From Antedon mediterranea (taxonomy: Eukaryota > Animalia > Echinodermata), in contig NC_092679.1 in NCBI RefSeq assembly GCF_964355755.1, positions 10,089,432 through 10,153,431 of the forward strand: 64,000 bases of DNA. The letters are read 5' to 3'. A program made the position numbers and the translations under genes. Shown here piece after piece: positions 24,063-36,935 of this stretch. The notes under the pieces are model-generated. The model saw only the letters and a list, made by a program, of their open reading frames with translations. It had not been told where the DNA came from and did not search any database. Position 1 is the stretch's first letter. Every line of letters starts with the position of its first letter.

Positions 24063-27000
24063 TAGAATATTTCTTGTTGCTAAAATGCTAAAAAATCCAA
24101 TTTCTCTTCTAACACAATCCCTTAGGTTGATGTAAAAGAGCATAGAACCTTCTGGAGTAGTTGGGATCTCCCATTCGTTGAATATGATTGCATTCAAACA
24201 GTATTCAAATAGATCACGATCACATGGGTATTGGTCTTTGAATTTACTGGATTCTTTACAAAGGTCTATTCTCCTCTGATCTACCTGCTTGATGTGATCC
24301 CTGCTGTGATAAACCTGTGGCAGCTGAAACATCACTAGAGGGCATCCATTGGTAACATGGTCTTGCTTAGACCTTCTTATCAAATGAGTGTCCCATAACT
24401 CCGCTGTTCTATCAAGATCATCCTGCATAAATGTAGACAATGATAATCATAAATACATAATTCATAATCTAAATCCGACGTATTACAAGCTTGAAAACGA
24501 ATAAGCGAGTTTCGAATGATTGTTTCTCAGAAATGGCATCCATGTATTTATAGCTAACATTATTTAAAAAATGCAATATCTTTTTAACCAGGAGCTGTAC
24601 AGTAGGTATGACATATGAAGATGTGTTGAAATTTGTGTTGTGATCATGAAATACTATAGTGCATTAGCTAGATTGACATTGAGGTAAAAAAAATCTAATG
24701 TAGCCATTTAATTAAACTACTGCATTTGTTAAAATTTGAAAGCGTTCCTTTATTAGGAAAAAAAACCCATAAATTAACAGACAACCACAATTGATATGCC
24801 TTCCATTTTAATGCTTATAATTGATATTCTACATTTAGGCCTACATGAAGATGCCAGATGATCAACAGGCATTATGATTGGAATATGCCTTCCTTACATT
24901 GGATACTGGTTGGTTAACACACAAATTCATGACAGAAGTTACTAACCTGAATAAGCCTCATGAACACAAATCTAACAAGTTCTTTGTCCAATAAGTCACC
25001 AGAGAAGTGGCCTTCATGAATAAGATATTTAAAAATCAAAATCCAAAACTCTGTGCACTGCTTCCTTAATTGTCCCCACCAAGATTCTATCCTTTGGTTT
25101 GCCGTACTTTGGCCACTCAAGTAACTCTTTTTGCCAGCAAACGTGTCATCATGATTTCTGAGAAACATCGGAAATGCCGCAATATGCCCATTTTCTGTTC
25201 CTTTGTCTGTTCTGACAAGAGTAGGACATCCTCCTATCCTTTTGACTGCTTTCAAGAAGAAACCTCCAATATAAGCTGGATCATTTGTTGTGCTGTTCGC
25301 CTCAACCCATCAATGCATCCATTAATACCAATGCCATACGGTTTGAGTTTGTCCATTGAATCGACATGCCATACAAAATTCGGCCCTCTGGCTGAATACC
25401 GTCGATGTACTAATCTTCGCCTTTTCCGAAGCTTCACCCCTTCTGGATCTAGTTCAAGTAGAATCTTTCCAGGGGTGGCGCCAGTATCTTCCCGACGCGG
25501 GGGCTACATTCCCCGACGAGGGGGCTATGCGAGCGAAGCGAGCATCACTAGTCTGGGGGACAGGGGGCCGCCAAGGGCCCCCGGTGGGGGTCCAGGGGGC
25601 GAAGCCCCCGGAAGCAACGCGTTCTAGCGTCATTTGAGGTCATTTTAATCAGATTTAGGGTAGCCATTTTTTCCATTTTTTATAATGCATAAATAAAATA
25701 CTGCGTGCAAAAAAACGATGCGCGATGACTGTTTCAATCCATATTTTTCAATTTAAAAAATAAAAGTTCAACGAAAATTTAGAAAAATAGAGTTGGAGGT
25801 CCCGGAAATTGGACTTATTATACTTCAAAACATGAAACAAAATATATAAGTCCCTATCATGGTTGTGACTGAGCTAAGAAATGTTTGAAAAATAGAGATG
25901 TTAGGTCCCGGAAAATGCATTTCTTGTTCTTCGAAATATGACCAGCTTTATTGTTGGGGCTGAGCTAAGAAAATGTTTAAAACTAGAGCTGCAGGTCTTC
26001 AAAAAATTGCATTTTATACTTTGGAAACGTCAGGCCTAGAGGCTTAAAAAACGCAAGCGTAGACCTTTTTCAGTCGGGGAAATAAGTTTATTCCTCTCAA
26101 GTGTATGCGTGCGTACCATCTGGACTTCCAAGTGGTGAGAAATTCATGACATAGGTCTACAGGATATTGAAAATGTAATAACTTAGCTATAATAAGATGT
26201 TGGCTAAGCAAAAATAGCATGTTTTTTTGTTTAGTACGAAATGGATGAAAAATTTATTTTAGGTGCCCCACAGTACAGAAGGTTACTTGTAAATTAAAAA
26301 ATTGGTGAACATACGAACAATTAACATAATTCGTTTTTGCTGTAGTGTAGCGTACGTCGACGCAGTACACGACGTAACCGTCGGTAAACTTCGCCTGGAA
26401 AATAACTACAGTACACATTTTGGTCCCTGGATGGAACATCATATCACCCGTCTCGACCCAACGTTGAACGATTCGTACAAAGGGATACCGCCAGACAAGT
26501 GCGTACCTAGCTATTGTTTAGTAGTAAGTTAAGATCGCTGGCAATAATGAATGCATATAAAGTGCATAATATCACTCTGACGTACTCTCACGGTCAATGA
26601 AACGTCGCGGTTTTCTAGGCGCTGAAGCTAACTACGAAGTGAACGCGAACACTTTTTACTGTATATTATATTCCCCGACAAAAAGTACCCGTGTTCCCTT
26701 CGGTAACCGTCGGTATACTTCGCCTGGAAAATAACCACATTACACATTTTGGTCCCTGGATGAAACTTGATATCACGCGTCTCGACCCAACGTTGAACGA
26801 TTCGTACAAAGGGATACCGCCAGACAAGTGCGTACCTAGCTAATGTTTAGTAGTAAGTTAGATCGCATAAAATTGCATATTAGCCCTCTGACGTACTCTC
26901 ACGGTCAATTGAACGTCGTGGTTTTCTAGGCGCTGAAGCTATAGGCCTATGAAGTGAACGCGAACGTTTTTTACTGTATATTATATTCCCCGACAAAAAG

Positions 27001-27392
27001 TACCCGTGTTCCCCGACGGGGGGGGGGCTAGGCTCCCCAACGAGGGGGCTAGAGCCCCCATAGCCCCCCTGCTGGCGCCACCACTGAATCTTTCTAACGT
27101 TTTCTCTACTAACAACCATACCTGCCTTTACCAACCTCAGATGCATCCAGCGATAACCATGCAACTCACCACCTCTTTGCAATAGATTTAGTATAAATCT
27201 TCTAACTTGATCAATGTCAGTTTGTTGTCTGTGACGGTACAGCTCTAGGCGCTGTAGTTCCCTTTGCAGCTGACGAATGCTTATGTTAACGTCATAACAG
27301 CAACTCAATGTGGCTGCTCTTTCAACATGTGTATACCCAGACTTGAAATAATACTTGATAAGTTCATCCGTTTCATTCAATGTCACTTCCAT
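24057..27392 (-). pseudogene. IS3-like (IS3EU-type) DDE transposase, spliced, split by a hAT element
   Basis: Segments 27392-27087, 25461-24947 and 24422-~24063. N-terminal HTH (YFKSGYT...ISIRQLQR), GYRWMH, GPNFVWHVDSMDKLKPYG, RTDKGTEN, STANQRIESWW and WDTHLIR. GT-AG intron 24946-24423. Small deletion/frameshift near 25300. Confidence 0.85.
25470..27086. mobile_element. Non-autonomous hAT-type element with an internal ~320-bp tandem duplication
   Basis: TIR CAGGGGTGGCGCCAG / CTGGCGCCACCACTG with a perfect 8-bp TSD AATCTTTC (25462-25469, 27087-27094). Removal restores ...VRKI|LLELDPEG. Confidence 0.92.
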
Positions 27393-28416
27393 GAAGATTA
27401 AATTATAAGAAAAAAAAAGTACAATTAACACCAAATTTACAAAGATATACTGAATATCTTTCACAAAAGACAGCTCACTGTTCCAACCTGTAGGCCTATG
27501 TCAGAACAACAACACATACAGTATAATGTTACAATGTCATAAAATTGTGAAATGCCACACTCGCAATGATTTTCAACTAATGCCTATATTAATAATTCCA
27601 AATAAACGTATGATCTCCATTCAAGAAGTCTAATTATGTTTGTCTCCGTTTATAATGGTTATACATTAAACCATCACGATTAGGCATAGCCTTATATTAG
27701 TTAGGTATTAGCAACATTATTACTAAATAAGTACTATTTAAGCATGGACCTAATTTATAGGTCTATGATTTAAGTAAGCAATATGCACAGTTCTAGTGTT
27801 AATTATAGGTGGCGCTATTTCGTTTAACAGTATGCCTTAAGTTGAGAAACTATTTTCCAAATTAAACAAGAAATATTTCTTACAAAAAACGCCGCGTAAC
27901 TTTTTGACTGGACAGTTGTAAGAACAGTCTTCATTAATCTAATATAATAGGTCGGCCAATCAAAACGCAAGTGAACAATTGGGACTTTACTTGTGATTTA
28001 TGTCATTGGCCTGTCAGCACAGTCGTTTCTTTCTACTGTAGAATTAAACGCACAAATTTGTATTGGGAATAATGTATGTGGTTATTACTATCGCATTTAG
28101 GTATTGATAATAATAATAATATGGCTTTTGAATATATAATTACTGTCTGTAGAATAACATTTATACATTTTCGGTTCGCGATGAAAAGTTATATGAATGG
28201 ATTTGTAATAGGTATTTATAATAATAGTATATGGGTTGTATTATTGCTAAGCTATCACCAAATCGCGTTATAACATTATTTCTCAGGGTTTTTTGCACCA
28301 TTGATCAATACCAAACGCGTATCGGTATTATAGGTTTTAATGAATCATTACATTAATAAAAATACCCAATTAAATCAATCGCGTCAGTCCAATTCCGACT
28401 TATGTTTCGATCACAT

Positions 28417-28570
28417 AGTTCTGTGTCTACACTGTCCCAACTAGTTTAATAAAAAAAGTGTGATGTGCCCAAATATGGTAGTGATATGCCCGATTATCGT
28501 AGTGATATGACATCGTCATATCTATATAATATGGGCACATCATATTTAGTTTGATAGTATAGACAGAGCT
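28417..28570. mobile_element. Small palindromic MITE (Harbinger-like)
   Basis: Imperfect TIR AGTTCTGTGTCTACACTGTC / GATAGTATAGACAGAGCT, an inner TGATGTGCCCA/TGGGCACATCA pair, and ends followed by TAA. Confidence 0.55.
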
Positions 28571-28594
28571 TAAGGATTATATTTAAAAAATGTT

Positions 28595-28880
28595 TTCTTA
28601 CATTTTGAACGGAAGTATTTATTTGTTTATAAGCCCAATTTTCCAGTCTTAATTTTACATTTTGAAAAAAAGTATTTATTTGTTTATAAGCCCAATTTTC
28701 CAGTCTTAATTTTACATTTTGAAAGAAAGTATTTTATTTGTTGATAAGCCCAATTGTGCAGTCTTATTTTACATTTTGAACGAAAGTATTTATTTGTTGA
28801 TAAGCCCAATTTTGCAGTCTTATTTTACATTTTAAACGAAAGTATTTATTTGTTGATAAGCCGAATTTTCCAGTTTAATA
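28595..28880. repeat. 57-bp tandem repeat (5 copies); a second 2-copy block with shared flank lies at 29419-29575
   Basis: Unit TTACATTTTGAACGAAAGTATTTATTTGTTGATAAGCCCAATTTTGCAGTCTTA at 28598, 28655, 28712 and onward. Confidence 0.9.
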
Positions 28881-29957
28881 ATAATGACCCCTTCCACAGT
28901 GCTTATACCATATACATTTTACATGATATTGACCGTGGGTTCCTTACGCCTCTGATGCATTTGTTTTTATTGTACCTTTTTAATAAATTATGTTTAGGCC
29001 TAATCACACCCAATTTAATGAAACGGTCAGATTCCGATTTCAATTGAACAAAAGTAGTACTATATTTATTATTCATTGATAAGCCAAGGGTCCCATGGCG
29101 TTAGCCAATATCTTGAGCATTTGACTCTTGTGTCAACCTGTAACACAAATCATTCTTCAAAATCTAAAGAAAGAACCTCACACGTCTTTTTTGTGAGTGA
29201 TACACTATGGATATGCCCACGGAAATAATATGTGGACATTGCAAACAATCATAGGCCTACAGTAACAAACATAACATGGCTAATAAGCATAACATTCAGA
29301 CTTGCTTGTTTTCTAGTGGATTTTTATTTACTTTAGCATGTAGAATAAAACTAGTAACAGTGGCTATATTAATAATTATACTGATTATCCTTGATGTTAT
29401 CGCGTCTAATAATAACATATTTTGTTGTTGATAAGCCCAATTTTTCAGCCTTGATTTTACATTTTGAACGAAAGTATTTATTTGTTGATAAGCCCAATTT
29501 TGCAGTCTTAATAATGACCCTTCCACAGTGCATTTTACATGATATTGACCGAGGGTTTTTACGCCTCTATAGGCACTGATCAATACCATAATTAATGTAC
29601 TTTTTTAAATGAATATTGAAATGTTTCAACACTCCCAGATTTCCTCATCTTTATCGTTTCAAAAATTAATTAAATAATTTTCAGTGTATCACCGGGCGGT
29701 TTGGAATTTATTTCTATGCCTGTTGTGTTTATATATATAATATTAAGTATAATTATGAATTCACCAACACTTTCAGGCCCGGGGCCGAGTTTGTGTAGAC
29801 TAGACTTCCATGCACAGCCACATGTTAAGGAATATGAATCTCTTTATGATTTTAATATGGTTCGAAATGATATTACACAACAACGATTAGACAGCAACTG
29901 TGCAAGAGTCAAACTAATAAAATCGGAATGATCAATTAATTGAACATTTGCAGCATA

Positions 29958-30283
29958 AGGCCCATACACTAGGACGATAACGATCGACGATAAATAGACA
30001 AATGTGCATTTTTAATATATAAACCAAAAGAAATATAAACAATTCCTTTGATGAAAATTATATTTTCACACGTCCAATCAAATGACGTCATGATTAGTAA
30101 GACCAATAATATCGTGACAATACAGCGATTTTATTGTTTTTATTTATCATGACGTCATTTGATTGAAATTTGAAAAACATTATTTTTAGAACGAAAACCT
30201 TTCTAATTTCTTTTGGTTTATGTAAAAAAAATGCATGCTATATATTTATCGTCTGTCGTTATCGTCATAGTGTAATTGGGCCT
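29958..30283. mobile_element. MITE with long imperfect TIRs (PIF/Harbinger-like)
   Basis: AGGCCCATACACTAGGACGATAACGA...ACGATAAATA pairs with TATTTATCGT...TCGTTATCGTCATAGTGTAATTGGGCCT. Flanks are ATA/TTA. Confidence 0.7.
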
Positions 30284-31553
30284 TTATACACAAAAAATAA
30301 ATTGATTACGAAGTTACATGTCATTTTCACCTATCACCAAAAAACTAACCTTTTCAAAACTAATTAATTGTTACGAAGCCAATTTATATTATATATTTCA
30401 TTAAAACTGAACTTTACGGTAAATGAAGAGTAAGTATCAGTTAATATGAATAATATAACTAGTAGGTCTATGAACTTGCGTCCAGACACACAGAACTGTG
30501 ACATTACTATCATAAATGTTGAAACCACTTATAAAACCTTTTTTTTTAAAGAAAATATAATTGTGTTAGGAGAAGGCTAATAAACAAATAGATAATGTTC
30601 AAACCTTTTTCTGGATTAATTAATGGAGCAGGCGTTCCTAATAATCTGCTGTAGACTGATTGTTCACCTTCTGACGATAATTGATTGGACCCCCCACGGC
30701 ATCTGATAACCAACAAAAAATTTACGAGGACTGTTTCAATGATTTAATATCTAACGGCGTATTATTATAACATTGGCCTAGATTGAAAGTCAAAGAAAGT
30801 CATTGTAAATACCTCCCTTTATGTTGACAGAGCCAAAATAAAGTTTTGACCATTATCGAATGATTATTTGACAGTGACTTATTATAATACCGGCCTGGTT
30901 GACAGCAAAAACGAAGTTATTATTTATTGATCAATATTTTACAGATTTCCGTCTACATCTCAATAATACTGTATTATCAGCAAAGGCTTTCATATAGACT
31001 CTCTTCTCCCAGACGTTTTTTGGGTCCAGCAGCTACCTATAAATTATAGTCGAGTTTCCAAATTCACAAAACTGTCAGTCTTAGATACTAAAGCTACCGC
31101 TATGAAACAGCTTATTAATGAATGTGTCCTCCTGGGACATAACTGGCTAGAGCCGCGGCGCGAAAAAATTGCATAATAATACTATAGGCCCAATAGGCCT
31201 AAACCGGTCCTAGTTCGGAGAGCGGGATCGATTAAATTCCTGATTGTGATAATTATACTTATAGGCATCTTTCAGCTATGTCCAGCGCTAACAGGAAGCA
31301 TACATTTTGATAACATAACAATTAACATGAAGCGCATCACACACGCACGCAACCCCTTCGGCCCACTATTTATTATAGAATACTGTAGGCCTACAGGCCT
31401 AGCTAGTAACTATTATTAATAATTATTATTAGGCTCAGCCTAGCAGCCCATTAATTTAATTCATTATCTGTCGTCACTTGCACTTATAGTGTAAAATTTT
31501 ACAAGGCCAATTTTCAATCAAATAATTATATTGTCCAAGGTATAAACATGTTT

Positions 31554-32316
31554 TTAGTCGCGTGGAAGCGACTCTATAGTTCACTATGTCGGTCGGTTGG
31601 TCGGTCTGTCTGTCTGTCGGTCTGTCGATCCGGTATCACTATGCGTTTTATCGCTTTCTGACCTTATCTTGATATCAGTTTAATCTAGCTAGGTCAATTT
31701 TTCACAGTATATTCCTTATGGCCAGGAATCAATGTGGTTATGTTTTCACGCTGCGCAATAAAAAATGACGCGGTCTACGCACGATTTAACGAAATCACGT
31801 TTGTAATCATATCTTCACAACCATGAATCACAATTAAATAAAATTTGGTACTCATAAATTTCAGGGCATAAATCATCATATGGCAATACAATTACGTGCG
31901 TAGCGCAACTAACGCATGCGTACGCGCGCTTAAAATTTTCAAAATTTATTTTCGATGAAATAAGAGTGCGTTTCAGGCAATTTTAAGCGTTTACAAAATT
32001 GCCATGAGTGCGCATATTTTTGCGCGCGCACTGCGCGTTAAATGTTATTGCACACTCTTTTTGCCCGATTTCTGTTTTCTTGACTTACTTTTCAACTTGA
32101 AATTACGTTATACGAGCACGTCAAAAGTGACAGGCTACGCACGTGTAAATTAAGAAAATATAAATGTTTTTAAACATTTCAACATTTTTAAACATGTTCA
32201 GTAATTTCGGTCAGTATAGTTCACTATGTCGGTCGGTCGGTCTGTCTGTCTGTCTGTCTGTCGGTCCGGTATCACTATGCATTGTAGCACGCGACTTAAT
32301 GGCTGTTGGCCTTGTT
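31554..32316 (+). mobile_element. Non-autonomous Helentron-type element (HINE), same family as 7437-8250
   Basis: TTAGTCGCGTGGAAGCGACT...(GTCY)n...GCACGCGACTTAATGGCTGTTGGCCTTGTT, highly similar to the inverted copy in Penelope. Confidence 0.85.
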
Positions 32317-32444
32317 TATAATACAATAATAATTAATACTACTAGGCCTATACTTACTTTTGATTTCTGTGTTTCTTCTTATTACACGTGACGCTGTGGA
32401 AGCGTACTACGCATGCGCATGTACGTGGGAACGGATTGTATAAT

Positions 32445-32625
32445 TAGGGCGTTATAACGCCCTAAATTAGGGCGTAGGGCGTTATAACGCCGTATTAGGG
32501 CGTTATAACGCCCTAATACAGCGTTATAACACCCTAATACGGCGTTATAACGCTCTAATTACGGCGTTATATGGCCGTATTATTATTATAAAAAAAATTT
32601 CTTTGGCGGAAATCAGCCACCGTAG
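32445..32625. repeat. Array of palindromic GGCGTTATAACGCC units ending in a TE-like terminus; repeated at 36946-37050
   Basis: About 6 units, then TTTCTTTGGCGGAAATCAGCCACCGTAG, which is identical at 32598-32625 and 37018-37045. Confidence 0.85.
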
Positions 32626-35600
32626 ATTTGTCTTCTAAGTGAGATTAAGGCAAACATTGATGAACTTAAGACGAAGGTGGAGCATAATACATTTTTGTTG
32701 ACGGAATTAGACGTTTCTGGGATCCAAACTACTGTTCCAGAACTTGAGGAATTACCTGTGGAGTTTCCCATTCGTTCAGTAGAGAGTTTGATGGAAATTG
32801 AAGCTTCTCTTGATGCATCTATGTGCAAACAATTGGTGAGTTTAAAAGTAAAAACATATTAAACTTTTGATTATCATGGAAGTTTTAACCAAATTTGCAC
32901 CAATTGGTTCTGACGATACTGTAGGTCCCGATAAATGGTTTCAGAAATTATATAACTTTTAAATTATTAGAAACTTAATTAATGTGAGTCCAAAGACTAT
33001 TATGATGTGTAAGCCTACCATGATAAACATTTTTATGTATTAAGTTTATACATTATTGTATCATTAACAATGTATGCCAATCATGATTTCAGGTTTTAAA
33101 GCTTGGTTTAATTGGCGGTAAGGACTCTAAAACTACAACTAACAATATTTTGAAAAACCTACTATCACCGTTTGTAGCCAGCCAATATAATTGGACTGGA
33201 GCAAAAGGAAAACTGGAATTTGGAAACCTAAAGTTGTTGAAAGTAATACTTGGTAAGTGATTAGTGTCATTTATACATAGACCTAAGTATACTCCTGTCT
33301 GTATAGACCTATAATTGATTGACTAGTTTGTAGCATTGGTTCCTTTCAAGTCCCCTGTGTACTCATTACTATCCCTATGTTTACTTTAACTTTCACTGTA
33401 ATGGCTTAAAGAGCTGACAGGGTGGCTTGCACAAGGGACCAATTTATTGTATATAGTCAACTCTATCTATTCATAAGGACAGATTCAGAATGACATGACT
33501 ATGGCGCGCCAAGCTGTCATTTATTCGGAAATAAGGATATCTTAGTTTTAAACTAAGATATCTTAGTTTAAAACTAAGATATCTCTATTAATAGAGATAT
33601 CTCTATTAAAAACTAAGATATCTCTATTAAAAACTAAGATATCTCTATTTAAAACTAAGATATCTTAGTTTTTAATAGAGATATCTCTATTAATAGAGAT
33701 ATCTTTATTAATAGAGATATCTCTATTAAAAACTAAGATATCTTAGTTTTAAATAGAGATATCTTAGTTTTTAATAGAGATATCTTAGTTTTTAATAGAG
33801 ATATCTCTATTAATAGAGATATCTCTATTAATAGAGATATCTCTATTTAAAACTAAGATATCTCTATTAAAAACTAAGATATCTTAGTTTTTTAAAGAGA
33901 TATCTCTATTAACAGAGATATCTCTATTAATAGAGATATCTCTATTTAAAACTAAGATATCTCTATTTGAAACTAAGATATCTCTATTAATAGAGATATC
34001 TCTATTAATAGAGATATCTTAGTTTTGTTTCCGGTTCAGTGTTTTATGGGTAATACGATTTTCCATCTGTGACTGAGGTAAGGTCAAGTTCCTATATTGT
34101 TAACATCGCAGTCCCAGTTGTAATATAGAGGCTATAATGAAATAAAATGGAACAGAGGCAGAAACAGAATGTTTCAGAAAAAATGATGAGGCTTATAATG
34201 AGCACATAAAAACTTTCCATAAAGATAAAAACCATTGTATTTGATCACTCTTTAATTATGGATGATAGAAGTTTCTATGTACAATTTTGAATAAGTTTTC
34301 GTGAATTTTGAATGATAAAACAAAATTGAAATACCTCTAGTTTTCTAGAAATTTCACTCTTATTTATCTGATTCGCGGTTAATGCCTAGAAAATTGTTTA
34401 TAAAATACGTGTTATTCCAGGTACAATCAGTGGGGAGGAGTAGAAGATGTAGATGAACAATTGTTATCTCCATGTTTGTAAAACGAAAAATAAATTTAAA
34501 CGTGAACACGTCGATACTCATTGCAATGAAACCGACTGTCGTCCTTTTGAGCTGTCTTATTTTATACAAAATACTACTAATCGGAAAGGGAAAAAATACT
34601 ATTTCGGAGAGAGCGCACCACATATTTATTAATTATTTATTTCGTTTTCTTTCAGTAGGATAGCCCTCTCAGAAATAATATAAAAACTGCTCTTCCGATC
34701 CCGAGGGGCCCTACGACATGCACATTTCGTTTTCTTAGTAATAATATAACAAAGTTTATGATGTCGATCCATGTCCCTTTTCACTTCTTTGATAGATTTT
34801 TAACCTTCAAAGGCTCGGTATAACTATAATCACCACATTCACAACTATACCATTCCCTACATACTTTGCAACAGGAAACAAAACTAAGATATCTCTATTA
34901 ATAGAGATATCTCTATTAATAGAGATATCTTAGTTTTTAATAGAGATATCTTCGTTTTAAATAGAGATATCTCTATTAACTAAGATATCTCTATTAAAAA
35001 CTAAGATATCTCTATTTAAAACTAAGATATCTTAGTTTTTAATAGAGATATCTCTATTATTAGAGATATCTCTATTAATAGAGATATCTCTATTTAAAAC
35101 TAAGATATCTTAGTTTTTAATAGAGATATCTTAGTTTTTAATAGAGATATCTTAGTTTTAAATAGAGATATCTCTGTTAATAGAGATATCTCTATTAATA
35201 GAGATATCTCTATTTAAAACTAAGATATCTCTATTTAAAACTAAGATATCTCTATTAAAAACTAAGATATCTCTATTGCTTGAATAAATGACAGCTTGGC
35301 GCGCCATACATGACATTGGACTAGTAAACACTTTAATATAGGATAGGTACAACTCTTTTATAGAGTACATAGTAGCAATAAAGTTTCATACTTGAACTGA
35401 ACCTGTTGTCTGTGTGCTAAATCAGATTACATAAACATACAGACTATAATTATGTCATGTTATGTCATTATATCACCACCATCCATACTGTTACATCAAA
35501 TCAAAAACATTTATCATATAATAATTGTCTTGTTTTTGTTTTGTTTTTTATTTTAGGAGCTGTTCGAAGAAATCCAAGTACGAAGGATGCCACACGGGAG

Positions 35601-35705
35601 GAAATAAAAGACAATATAAAGTCTTTTTTGTACAATGCAAGGGATAAGGAGGGGGCGGGGGTGGGGAGAAAGGCAAGAACTAACATATTGCCTACTACAC
35701 CTTAA
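32626..35705 (+). pseudogene. 5'-truncated three-exon gene encoding a DUF4806-like (TE accessory) protein
   Basis: Exons 32626-32835, 33093-33252 and 35557-35705 have canonical GT-AG junctions and compatible phases (0, 1). Product ...FPIRSVESLMEIEASL...LGLIGGKD...ASQYNWTGAKGKLEFGNL...AVRRN...EIKDNIKSFLYNARDKEG...* has no internal stops. Confidence 0.75.
33500..35308. mobile_element. Non-autonomous DNA transposon with TAY...RTA ends and 6-bp TSD (IS3EU-type), in intron 2 of the DUF4806-like gene
   Basis: CATGAC|TATGGCGCGCCAAGCTGTCATTTATTC ... GAATAAATGACAGCTTGGCGCGCCATA|CATGAC (27-bp perfect TIR). Sub-terminal arrays of 18-21-bp GATATC-centred units lie at 33536-34025 and 34880-35277. Confidence 0.9.
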
Positions 35706-36124
35706 AAAAACTGTATTTATGTACATCATTTTTTAACTGTTTTATAATATAGTTGGTCCCATTTCTTTGCTCATTTGTTTAATGGAACATGACATAACCA
35801 AAATACTAAAACTTTTATATTTTATTTTGTAAAAACGTTTTCTCACCCAACGTTTTCTCACTAAGAAGGAAACTTTTATAAAAATATATTTTGGAAGATG
35901 AATTAAAAAATTTTTTAACTGGACTAATATATTAGTTTCGGCTTGTGTGTCGTGTTTCGACTGTATGATCAATATTTATACTATATATGCTATTTTAAAT
36001 TTGTAATGTATTGTTTTTTTTAGTAATATCCAAGTCCAAATAAAGGAGCATCTAGAGTGTTGAAACTTAAATACTGCAACTTTAAATTACTTTTTGTGAT
36101 CTCGATTAACTACCATTTTGGAAC

Positions 36125-36935
36125 TGCTGCCCATATCAGCAATTAATGGGTACCATATGGGATGAGGAACAATCCATATGCAGCCCCAATGGGCAAACCC
36201 ATATGCTGCTTATATGAGCAAGCATATATGGGTACCATATGAGATTTACATATGGGCCCCATGTGGGACAATCCATATGCAGCCCTAATGAGCAAACTCA
36301 TATGCTGCCCATATGAGCAAGCATGGGTACCATATGAGATTTACATATGGGCCCCATGTGGGACAATCCATATGCAGCCCTAATGTGCAAACTCATATGT
36401 TGCCCATATGAGCAAGCATATGGGTACCATGTGGGATTTACATGGAATGATATGGGGTAACCCATATGATGCCCATGTGGGGCTTGGGTGCAGAATCTGC
36501 TGGGGCCCTACTGGGCAAGCCCATATGCCGCCCATATGAGATTTGTATAAGGGTCCCATGTGGGATAACTCGTATGGGGCCCTAATTGGCAAACAAATAT
36601 GGGTACCATATGGGATTTACATGGGATGATATGGGCTAACCCATATGACGCCCATGTGGGGCTTGGATGCAGAATCCGCTGGGGCCCTACTGGGCAAGCC
36701 CATATGCCGCCCATATGAGATTTGTATATGGGTCCCATGTGGGATAACCCGTATGGGGCCCTAATTGGCAAACAAATATGGGTACCATATGGGATTTACA
36801 TGGGATGATATGGGCAAACCCATATGACGCCCATGTGGGGCTTGGGTGCAGATTCCGCTGGGGCCCTACTGCGCAAGCCCATATGCCACCCATATGAACA
36901 GTAATATGGGTACAATATTGGTACCATATCGGCTT
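36125..36935. repeat. Sub-terminal CCCATATGGG-motif repeats (~118-bp and ~179-bp periods)
   Basis: GGGTACCAT(A/G)TG recurs near 36148, 36230, 36325, 36422, 36601 and 36780. Confidence 0.88.

Noticed and set aside
25070-25637. 185-aa and 93-aa plus-strand ORFs
   Set aside because: They are antisense to the transposase and run into the GC-rich hAT terminus.
26880-27086. C-terminal part of ORF 26880-27464 (and similar ORF 57597-57839)
   Set aside because: This is read-through into the hAT insertion. The true frame resumes at 25461.
5965-32624. TATGGTGGCCG (5965) and CAGCCACCGTA (ends 32624 or 37044) as outer TIRs of the HECT/IS3EU element
   Set aside because: The match is only 9/11, does not extend, and there is no 6-bp TSD.
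33536-35277. CRISPR or iteron interpretation of the GATATC arrays
   Set aside because: There are no unique spacers, and the arrays lie inside a TIR/TSD-bounded transposon.
36380-36893. Repetitive minus-strand ORFs
   Set aside because: They are products of sub-terminal CCCATATGGG repeats.
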